Below, piece after piece: positions 9,053 to 16,282 of a DNA stretch of 64,000 bases. This stretch comes from Eubacteriales bacterium. Its GTDB lineage: Bacteria; Bacillota; Clostridia; Christensenellales; CAG-138. The DNA is taken from NCBI GenBank assembly GCA_034933205.1, contig JAYFNY010000044.1, forward strand, positions 19,564 to 83,563, in the 5' to 3' direction. The translations under genes were made by a program, and so were the position numbers. Position 1 is the stretch's first letter; every line of letters starts with the position of its first letter. Under the pieces are notes generated by a model that was given only the letters and a program-made list of their open reading frames with translations, was not told where the DNA came from and did not search any database.

Positions 9053-9883
9053 TCAGATGATTGATCCGAGTTCGGAACGGAAGCAGATCGCCTGCATACG
9101 CGCGTAGCTTTCGTACAGCTCCGGAATCTCGCGATACATATCGCTGTAGACTTCGATAAACGCAGGTCCGCGATAACCGAAAGCAGAGAGTTCATTGAAC
9201 ATGGTGACGAAATCGTAGTGACCGAACCCCGGCATTTCGTATTTTGCAATACCGTTCGCTTGCGGCGTCGCGTCGCAGATATGGACGTTTGCAATGCGGC
9301 TGCCGACGGCGCGGATATACTCCACCGGGTCATGTCCACTGCGGACGGCCTGCTTTACGTCCAACGTAAACCGGAGCGGTCCGCCGCCCATGGCGTCCAG
9401 AAGACGCGGCCCGAATTCCGGTTCGTTGAATAAACACCAGCTTACGTTTTCCAGCGTCAATTGAATGCCATACTGCGCAGCCAGTGCGCAAAGCTCGATA
9501 AAAATTGGCGCAATGCGCGTGAGTCCGATATTTTTTACCCCGCCGAATAAACGGGCAGGACCGTGCATGACGTAGTGGCTTGCGCCAAGTCGCTTTCCGT
9601 CGGCAAGAACCTGCTCGAAAATACGGCAGGCGTCGTCTCTTTGACGGGGATGGGTGGAAAAGAGCTGCGGCTCGAACTGCATGCTCATTGGGTGAATACT
9701 AAATACGCTCAGGTTCGCGCTGCCAAGCCTTTCGGCTAGCAACTCGATAAACATGGGATCATATTCGGAAAACGAGTTGAGAAATACTTCGCAGAGACCG
9801 ACGCCATGCGCGCCGATATCCAGAACCGCGTCCTCAATCTGCATCTTGCTGAAATAACTCGCTGTTGAAAGACCAATTTCCAT
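9053..9883 (-). CDS. sugar phosphate isomerase/epimerase (xylose-isomerase-like TIM barrel)
   Basis: 276 aa with the typical family layout (MEIGLST..., HYVMHGP, LTLENV, H-x-D metal ligands). SD AGAGG upstream. Confidence 0.7.
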   Translation of the reverse strand: MEIGLSTASYFSKMQIEDAVLDIGAHGVGLCEVFLNSFSEYDPMFIELLAERLGSANLSVFSIHPMSMQFEPQLFSTHPRQRDDACRIFEQVLADGKRLGASHYVMHGPARLFGGVKNIGLTRIAPIFIELCALAAQYGIQLTLENVSWCLFNEPEFGPRLLDAMGGGPLRFTLDVKQAVRSGHDPVEYIRAVGSRIANVHICDATPQANGIAKYEMPGFGHYDFVTMFNELSAFGYRGPAFIEVYSDMYREIPELYESYARMQAICFRSELGSII

Positions 9884-9971
9884 AGTAAAACCTCTTTGCG
9901 TATTCTACCACGATGCATCGATTTTCGCCAGAGAAACCGGCGATACCGTGCGAACGTTTTCCAAGGTTTCG

Positions 9972-9980
9972 TGATATAAT
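9972..9980 (+). promoter_or_regulatory. extended -10 box (TGaTATAAT) exactly 6 nt upstream of the DUF3810 ATG
   Basis: tgatataat-ctgcgc-ATG with no SD in between. The -35 is weak (gaacgt). Confidence 0.5.
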
Positions 9981-9986
9981 CTGCGC

Positions 9987-11129
9987 ATGGATCAGAAGCT
10001 CAACTGCCGTTTCACTGCCAATAGGCCGGCTTGCATCCGAAAAACGATTGCAAAGCTCTCCATTTCAATTGCACTTGGCGCGCTTGGGTTAAGTTGGCCG
10101 AGCCTGCTTGCCAACCGATCAGACTGGATTGAGACCCACTACAGTGAAACGGTTTATCAAAGCATCCGGCGCGCAATTTCAGCCGTTACGTCGCTGGTGC
10201 CGATTTCCATAGCCGAGCTGTTGATCTATGCGCTGGCGCTGCTTATTCCTGCGCTGATCATTTGGCGGATTCTGCAGACGGCGTTACGAAGAATCACTTT
10301 TCCGCGACTGCTGCAAACGCTGACGTCCGTGCTTCTTGCGGCCGCGATTGTTCTGAACCTTTTTTATTTCACATGGGGATTCAATTACTTTCGGGAACCG
10401 CTTTCGAAAAGGATGGGGCTAAACATTACCTCGCGTTCCGTAGACGAGTTGGAAGATTTCGTGCTCAAGACAGCGGAGAAGGCGCGTGCTCTGCGTGCGT
10501 CGCTTCCGGAGGACCGGAACGGCGTTTTTTCTCCGGTTGAATCCAACCAACAGATTATGAATGCTTTGCCGGAAGCGTATGCCGCGCTTTCCGCCCGGTA
10601 TCCTGTTTTTCAGGCGGACACGACGCGCGCGAAACGCGTGCTTTGGTCGCGTGGATTGTCCTGGCAGGGGATTGCGGGGATCTACATCGGCCTTACAGCG
10701 GAACCGAACGTCAATGCGGATCAGCATCCGCTTCTTCTTTTTCACGCCGCGGCCCATGAAATGGCGCATCAAACCGGCCTGGCAAGCGAAAATGAGGCGG
10801 AATTTACCGCCTATCTTGCGTGCCTTTCTTCGCAGGATCCAAACGTTCAGTATTCCGGTTTGATGAATGCGCTGATTCTTGCGGGAAACGCTCTTTACCA
10901 CGCGGATAGCGAACGTTATCTTGCGGCGACTGCGCTTTACGGAGATGCGATCTGGCGGGATTTGAAAGATTACGACGCCTACTGGAGCGCGTTCAAAGGC
11001 GAAATCCGAGAGAGCGCGGATAAACGAAACGACGCTTACCTGAAGCATAACTCGCAGCAAAGCGGAACGAAAAGTTATGGGGAATCGGTCGATCTGATGC
11101 TGGCGTTTCAGGCGAAAAACATCGGTTGA
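9987..11129 (+). CDS. DUF3810-family membrane protein (putative zinc metallopeptidase)
   Basis: 380 aa with N-terminal TM helices and an HEMAHQ (HExxH) motif followed by an E-rich segment, as in DUF3810. Confidence 0.65.
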   Translation: MDQKLNCRFTANRPACIRKTIAKLSISIALGALGLSWPSLLANRSDWIETHYSETVYQSIRRAISAVTSLVPISIAELLIYALALLIPALIIWRILQTALRRITFPRLLQTLTSVLLAAAIVLNLFYFTWGFNYFREPLSKRMGLNITSRSVDELEDFVLKTAEKARALRASLPEDRNGVFSPVESNQQIMNALPEAYAALSARYPVFQADTTRAKRVLWSRGLSWQGIAGIYIGLTAEPNVNADQHPLLLFHAAAHEMAHQTGLASENEAEFTAYLACLSSQDPNVQYSGLMNALILAGNALYHADSERYLAATALYGDAIWRDLKDYDAYWSAFKGEIRESADKRNDAYLKHNSQQSGTKSYGESVDLMLAFQAKNIG

Positions 11130-11191
11130 AACGGCAACCAAACAAAAAGTTAGAATACATAATTATATTTCATATTTTTGTCTGTTTTGGG

Positions 11192-11220
11192 TTTACAAAC
11201 GAATTGCGATGTTGTATGCT
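11192..11220 (+). promoter_or_regulatory. putative promoter TTTACA-17-TATGCT for the PLP-enzyme gene
   Basis: Hexamers read directly with a 17-nt spacer, about 50 nt upstream of the ATG. Confidence 0.45.
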
Positions 11221-11242
11221 GTAAACGGAAAAGGTGTGTTAT

Positions 11243-11260
11243 CTAAATAATATTATTTAG
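11243..11260. promoter_or_regulatory. perfect 18-bp palindrome CTAAATAATATTATTTAG abutting the SD
   Basis: The 9+9 arms are exact reverse complements. The next bases are gagagag (SD), then ATG at 11272. Confidence 0.6.
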
Positions 11261-11271
11261 GAGAGAGATAT

Positions 11272-12744
11272 ATGATCGACCTGACCAAGAACCCGAAGGG
11301 ACTCCAAAACAGCGTTAAAAGAGCACGCGAAAAGGGAATTATCATCCCGACGTTTGCGCAGATGCAAAACCCCGATCTGATTCCCGCCAAGATCAAGGAA
11401 AAGCTGAAGAACGTTGGACTTTGGGATATCAACCCGCTCAACCTGTTCCGCATTTCCTGGCACAATGAGCCGAAAGAATTCGGCGGTACGTTCGGCGACG
11501 TGAATTTTATTGAAGTTCCGTCCGTTCTGACCGGAGTAAAGGCGCGGATCGTCATCCTGACCGGAAAATGGTTCCCGACCGGATGCCATAAAGTTGGTGC
11601 ATCGTTTGGCTGTCTCGTTCCGCGGCTCGTAACCGGACAGTTCGATCCGACGTATCACAAAGCCGTATGGCCGAGTACCGGTAACTATTGCCGCGGCGGC
11701 GCATACAATTCCGCTCTTCTTGCCTGTGATTCTATCGCGATCCTGCCGGCGGAAATGAGCAAAGAGCGTTTTGAATGGCTGAAAACCGTTGCCGGTGAAA
11801 TCATTGCGACTCCCGGCTGCGAGAGCAACGTGAAAGAGATCTTCGACAAGACCTGGGAGCTGAGAAACACCCGCAAGGAAGTCGTTATCTTTAATCAATT
11901 TGAAGAAATGGGCAACTGCGTTTGGCATTATCAGGTAACCGGAAAAGCGATTGAGGAAGCATTCGAAGCGATTCGTCGCGAGGGCGATCGTTTTGCGGGC
12001 GCCGCGTTTACGAGCGGCAGCGCAGGAACCATGTCTGCCGGCGATTATCTGAAGGAAGTTTATCCGAATTCAAAGCTCGCCGTCGGCGAAGCGCTGCAGT
12101 GCCCGACACTGCTCAACAATGGCTTCGGCGGCCACCGCATCGAAGGTATTGGCGACAAGCACGTTCCGTGGATCCATAATGTGAAGAACACCGACATGGT
12201 GATCGATATTGACGACGAAGACAGTCAGAAGCTGCTGCGCCTGTTCAACGATCCGGTTGGACAGAAGCACCTGATCGATCAGGTGGGCGTACCGGCCGAT
12301 TTCGTTGCGAAGTTGCCGCTGCTCGGTATTTCCGGTATTGCGAATCTGCTTTGCTGCATTAAGATGGCGAAGTATTATGAGCTGACCGAGCATGACGTGC
12401 TGGCCACCGTCGGTACCGATTCTTCCGTTATGTATACGAGCCGTATCAAGGAACTCGAAGAAGCGGATGGCGCTTATACGCCCGTCATGGCGTCCGCCGA
12501 TTATGCCGAGCACCTGCATGGCATCCGCACGGATGTTATGGAGGAGCTTACATACGAAGCTCGTAAACGTGTACATAACCTCAAGTATTACACCTGGGTG
12601 GAACAGCAGGGTAAGACCTACGAAGAGATCAACCAGCAATGGTATGACGAACACTACTGGACGGATATGCATGCGCAGGCGAGCGAAATCGACGGACTCA
12701 TCAACGAATTCAACGACGAAGTCGGTCTGCTCAAGAAGCTGTAA
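11272..12744 (+). CDS. fold-type II (TrpB/CysK-like) PLP-dependent enzyme, specific function unknown
   Basis: 490 aa. TrpB-like lysine motif FPTGCHKVGAS, a glycine-rich phosphate loop TSGSAGTMSAG, about 90 aa of N-terminal and about 110 aa of C-terminal extra sequence. Confidence 0.65.
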   Translation: MIDLTKNPKGLQNSVKRAREKGIIIPTFAQMQNPDLIPAKIKEKLKNVGLWDINPLNLFRISWHNEPKEFGGTFGDVNFIEVPSVLTGVKARIVILTGKWFPTGCHKVGASFGCLVPRLVTGQFDPTYHKAVWPSTGNYCRGGAYNSALLACDSIAILPAEMSKERFEWLKTVAGEIIATPGCESNVKEIFDKTWELRNTRKEVVIFNQFEEMGNCVWHYQVTGKAIEEAFEAIRREGDRFAGAAFTSGSAGTMSAGDYLKEVYPNSKLAVGEALQCPTLLNNGFGGHRIEGIGDKHVPWIHNVKNTDMVIDIDDEDSQKLLRLFNDPVGQKHLIDQVGVPADFVAKLPLLGISGIANLLCCIKMAKYYELTEHDVLATVGTDSSVMYTSRIKELEEADGAYTPVMASADYAEHLHGIRTDVMEELTYEARKRVHNLKYYTWVEQQGKTYEEINQQWYDEHYWTDMHAQASEIDGLINEFNDEVGLLKKL

Positions 12745-12762
12745 AATCAATTGTCTTATACG

Positions 12763-12793
12763 AAGACCCGCCTTTCAAGGGCGGGTCTTTTTG
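12763..12793 (+). terminator. rho-independent terminator
   Basis: agacccgcc-loop-ggcgggtct followed by ttttt. Confidence 0.8.
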
Positions 12794-12939
12794 GCGTATT
12801 TGTTTTACGCTTCGTTCAGCGCATGGAGCAAAGTCTATGATAAAAAAGACTCTGTTTCTCTTAGCCTAACGCGTAAAACCGACGATTGACGGTGACTCAA
12901 TCAAACGGTAAAGGGTATGCTCGCATGGCTCCTCGAATA

Positions 12940-13446
12940 TTATGGAGCCGGTGTTTCCGAAACGGGAGCGAACGGTGTTTCAATCTCCAGATTGAAATCC
13001 ATCTCCGTTACGTTGATATCCGTGCTGATTTCCGCATAGATGGAGTTGGTTCCGGTTTCCAGCAGCGTTCCGCCTGCAGCGTTATGGATCTTTCCGATTC
13101 CGCAGATTTTTCCGTCGGAGGTGCGATACACAATATTCAGCACGCCGTCCAGTGAAACAGGATATGCGTTTACGCATAATCCGTCCAGAAAGGTTCCGTC
13201 GCCATATTCATATATGCGCAGTTCGCCGAAAGAAAGATACTGCCAATAGTGATCGGTGGAGGAGATTTCGTTTCCCAGCAGATCGGTCGGCAGCGGCTGC
13301 GCGGTGATTTCCGCCGTAAACGCATCCGGAAGCGGGGTGGGCGTGGAAGCGGGCGTTGGAGTGCCGGAAAGCACCGGCTTGGCATCCTCGCATGCGGCAA
13401 AAAGAAAGAAGCACAGAGCCAATATGAGGGGCAGCAGACGCCTCAT
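12940..13446 (-). CDS. lipoprotein of unknown function
   Basis: 168 aa. Signal peptide plus lipobox (LFAAC), then a Pro/Thr-rich linker. Its ATG overlaps the pncB stop (ATGA). Confidence 0.55.
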   Translation of the reverse strand: MRRLLPLILALCFFLFAACEDAKPVLSGTPTPASTPTPLPDAFTAEITAQPLPTDLLGNEISSTDHYWQYLSFGELRIYEYGDGTFLDGLCVNAYPVSLDGVLNIVYRTSDGKICGIGKIHNAAGGTLLETGTNSIYAEISTDINVTEMDFNLEIETPFAPVSETPAP

Positions 13447-14876
13447 GAATGGTCTCCGGTCGTTTCACGAAGTAACTTTTGTTTGAGATCATACAGGCTG
13501 TCCGAAAGATCCACTTTATAGGTGTGAGGCATAAGCAGACGCTTATATTCATCCCACATCGAGGCGAGTTCCCGCTTTGCGTATGCCGCAATCTCGTGAA
13601 TATCCGGACACACATAGACCTGCTTCCCTTTTATAAAGATGGGGACAAGCAGCTCGCGAGCGGTAAAGTTCGTTAATGTCATCCGTTTATAAGTTTGAAC
13701 AGGATCAAATATGCGCAGCGGTTTGGTCGTATCAATTGTTTCGTGATCGAGAGCAATCAAATCGGCGATCGCCATGCCATCCTTATCGTACAGGCGGAAC
13801 ACCTTCTTGTAGCCGGGGTTCGTTACCTTCGCAGGATTATCGGATATTTTGATCTTTGGAACGAGTTTTCCGTTGATCACTTCGCCGCTCATTTTATAAA
13901 CTCCACCCAAAGCGGGATTGTTCTCGCTCGTAATCAATCGGGTGCCGACGCCCCAGACACTGATGCAGGCGCCCTGTGTTTTCAGGTCGCGAATCAGAAA
14001 TTCATCAAGGTCGCTGCTAGCGGCAATGATCGCCTTTGGATACCCGGCCGCGTCGAGCATGGCTCGCGCTTTTTTGCTCAAATAGGCAAGGTCGCCGCTG
14101 TCAAGCCGGATTCCAAGCGGTTCATGGCCGGCAGCGCGCATTTCGTCGAATACCTGAATGGCATTGGGAACGCCGCTGCGAAGCGTGTCGTACGTATCGA
14201 CGAGCAGCAGAGTGCTATCTGGAAAAACTCTGGCGTAAGCTCGAAACGCGCTGATCTCATCCGGAAAACTCTGAACCCAGCTATGCGCGTGCGTGCCGGA
14301 AACAGGAATGTCGAACATCTGTCCCGTAAGTACGTTGCTCGTCGCGTTGCAGCCGCCGATAATGGCTGCCCGGGCGCCATAGATGGCGGCGTCGGGTCCC
14401 TGCGCGCGACGGAGGCCAAATTCCAGGACGGAATCGTTTTGCGCCGCATAACAGATGCGGCTTGCCTTTGTCGCAATCAGAGTCTGATGGTTAACAAACG
14501 TAAGCATCGCCGTTTCAATCAGCTGCGCTTCCATGATCGGTGCGCGCACCCGGACGAGAGGCTCGTATGGGAATACGACCGTTCCTTCCGGCATGGCATA
14601 AAGATCTCCGGTAAAGCGGAACGTCTTTAAATAGTCTAGAAACGACTCGTCAAAAAGTTTCAGGGAACGAAGGTATGCAATATCGTCCTCGGAAAAGTGA
14701 ATGTCGTTGATGTAGTCGACCAGACTTTCCGTTCCAGCCATAACGGCGTAAACAATATCCTCCTTGGGACGGAAAAAAATGTCGAAGATGCCGATGTTGT
14801 TCTGAACGCCTTCTTTAAAGTAACCATACATCATGGTAAACTCGTAAAGATCGGTCAACATGGTGAGATTTCGCAT
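13443..14876 (-). CDS. pncB: nicotinate phosphoribosyltransferase
   Basis: MRNLTMLTDLYEFTMMYGYF N-terminus and GTHAHSWVQSF motif. Start set to the ATG at 14876, preceded by GGAGG plus 8 nt. Confidence 0.9.
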   Translation of the reverse strand: MRNLTMLTDLYEFTMMYGYFKEGVQNNIGIFDIFFRPKEDIVYAVMAGTESLVDYINDIHFSEDDIAYLRSLKLFDESFLDYLKTFRFTGDLYAMPEGTVVFPYEPLVRVRAPIMEAQLIETAMLTFVNHQTLIATKASRICYAAQNDSVLEFGLRRAQGPDAAIYGARAAIIGGCNATSNVLTGQMFDIPVSGTHAHSWVQSFPDEISAFRAYARVFPDSTLLLVDTYDTLRSGVPNAIQVFDEMRAAGHEPLGIRLDSGDLAYLSKKARAMLDAAGYPKAIIAASSDLDEFLIRDLKTQGACISVWGVGTRLITSENNPALGGVYKMSGEVINGKLVPKIKISDNPAKVTNPGYKKVFRLYDKDGMAIADLIALDHETIDTTKPLRIFDPVQTYKRMTLTNFTARELLVPIFIKGKQVYVCPDIHEIAAYAKRELASMWDEYKRLLMPHTYKVDLSDSLYDLKQKLLRETTGDHS

Positions 14877-15080
14877 GCTGGGTACCTCCAAAACACGGAG
14901 TCCGGTTCGGGAATCCTAAATTTATAAGGACATTATAGCGCGATTCCTAAGGATAAAAAAGGACGATTCGCCCTGTTTTGAAAACAAAATCGAAATCCTA
15001 CGAGAATTTTCAACGATTTGGCCGTATTTTTCATCTCTGGAGAACCGCAAAAAATCGGTTTTTCATTTTACGAAAAAGAA

Positions 15081-15109
15081 TTGACAATAAAGGAGCCGGC
15101 GGCTATAAT
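15081..15109 (+). promoter_or_regulatory. consensus sigma-A promoter TTGACA-17-TATAAT driving tRNA-Leu
   Basis: Both hexamers are perfect with a 17-nt spacer. The -10 ends 10 nt before the tRNA 5' end. Confidence 0.75.
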
Positions 15110-15119
15110 TACAAAGTGC

Positions 15120-15202
15120 GCGGCAGTGCTGGAATTGGCAGACAGGCACGTTTGAGGGGCGTGTGCGCAAGCGTATGGGTTCAAGTCCCATCTGCCGCAC
15201 CA
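15120..15202 (+). tRNA. tRNA-Leu (anticodon GAG), CCA encoded
   Basis: Hand-folded cloverleaf: acceptor GCGGCAG/CTGCCGC; anticodon stem CACGT/GCGTG with loop TTGAGGG; long variable arm TGCGCAAGCGT; T arm ATGGG-TTCAAGT-CCCAT; discriminator A plus CCA. Confidence 0.85.
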
Positions 15203-15206
15203 AGAT

Positions 15207-15250
15207 CGTTTCTATAGGAATTAATCATTCCGTAGAAACGATTTTTATTT
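15207..15250 (+). terminator. rho-independent terminator after tRNA-Leu
   Basis: cgtttcta..ggaa / ttcc..tagaaacg stem followed by atttttatttt. Confidence 0.7.
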
Positions 15251-15312
15251 TGCGTTAAAATTTATTGTAGATATCAGTCACGGGGGTATCAGATAGAGCA
15301 GGAGGCGATAGA

Positions 15313-15912
15313 GTGAAAGAACTGAAAGATATGAGTCTCGAAGAACTATGGGAACTTTTTCCTATCGTTCTCAAAGAGCATAATCCGGAGTACAAAGCAT
15401 GGTATAGAGAAGAAAAAAACAATCTTTTAAAGGCGTTATGTGGTCAAAACATTTGCCGAATAAGCCATATTGGCAGCACATCGGTCGAAGGCCTTATTGC
15501 GAAACCAATTGTTGATATCCTGCTTGAATTGGACAATGATTACGATGTAAATGACATGGTTCGCCTGCTGCAAGGCATTGGTTGGATTTTAATGGCGCAA
15601 GACGAATCAGAAAAAACGATCGACCTTAATAAAGGGTATACCTCAAGTGGTTTTGCCGAGAAAGTATATCATCTTCACGTAAAGCCATCGGGAGATTGGG
15701 ACGAACTGTATTTCAGAGACTATCTGCGAGCACATCACGATATTGCAAGGCAGTATGAAACATTAAAATTAGAACTTAAAAAGCGATTTGAGCATAATCG
15801 TGATGCTTATACAAATGCAAAGTCAGAGTTCGTTAGAAAGAACACGAAAAAAGCACGTAAAGAATTTGGTGGGCGGTATCTGCCGACACGAACGGAGCCA
15901 TCTAAAATATAA
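15313..15912 (+). CDS. GrpB-family (UPF0157) protein
   Basis: 199 aa. HIGSTSVEGLIAKPIVDILL and HLHV motifs typical of GrpB. GTG start 7 nt after AGGAGG. Visibly AT-rich compared with the neighbours. Confidence 0.75.
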   Translation: MKELKDMSLEELWELFPIVLKEHNPEYKAWYREEKNNLLKALCGQNICRISHIGSTSVEGLIAKPIVDILLELDNDYDVNDMVRLLQGIGWILMAQDESEKTIDLNKGYTSSGFAEKVYHLHVKPSGDWDELYFRDYLRAHHDIARQYETLKLELKKRFEHNRDAYTNAKSEFVRKNTKKARKEFGGRYLPTRTEPSKI

Positions 15913-16282
15913 GAAGGGCAAAACGTTGTCTTTATCCCAGGTGATTGTAGCTCAAAAAGGAACCATCCGATTCGGGTAGTTTCTTTTCTAATATGTACGA
16001 CCTTTGCAATTGTGAAAATCGATCGATAGGAAAGCAGAAAGGACTCTTTTATGCGCTTTCTCGTACATATTGAAAATCGGTATTCCAATTATTTTCCTAT
16101 ATGATAATATGTAGATACAGAAAACGATAGCCAGATCTCGTATCGATTTATTCCGTTTCATAACTTACCAAGCCAAGCAATGTTGATTCATCAGCGCGAG
16201 GGACCGAGGTTCATTGGAAAACGAATCCGATCTTGTTTCACCGGATGGTGTAATTTCGTTTTACGAAAAGAAAGGAGCCGAT

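Noticed and set aside
11272-12744. Assigning the 490-aa PLP enzyme as OrtB (2-amino-4-ketopentanoate thiolase beta subunit) of the ornithine pathway.
   Set aside because: It is 7 kb away from the ora genes and monocistronic. Its N-terminus and lysine motif do not match the OrtB sequence as I recall it. I left it as an unassigned fold-type II PLP enzyme.
15807-16088. A 93-aa minus-strand ORF in the AT-rich spacer that overlaps the grpB 3' end.
   Set aside because: It has no SD, overlaps grpB antisense, and its sequence has no recognisable motif. It may be a remnant but cannot be supported as a gene.
15120-16282. An integrated mobile element or prophage remnant at tRNA-Leu.
   Set aside because: There is no integrase, recombinase or transposase ORF, and I found no direct repeat of the tRNA 3' end by eye. 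Only the compositional anomaly is reported, as a finding.
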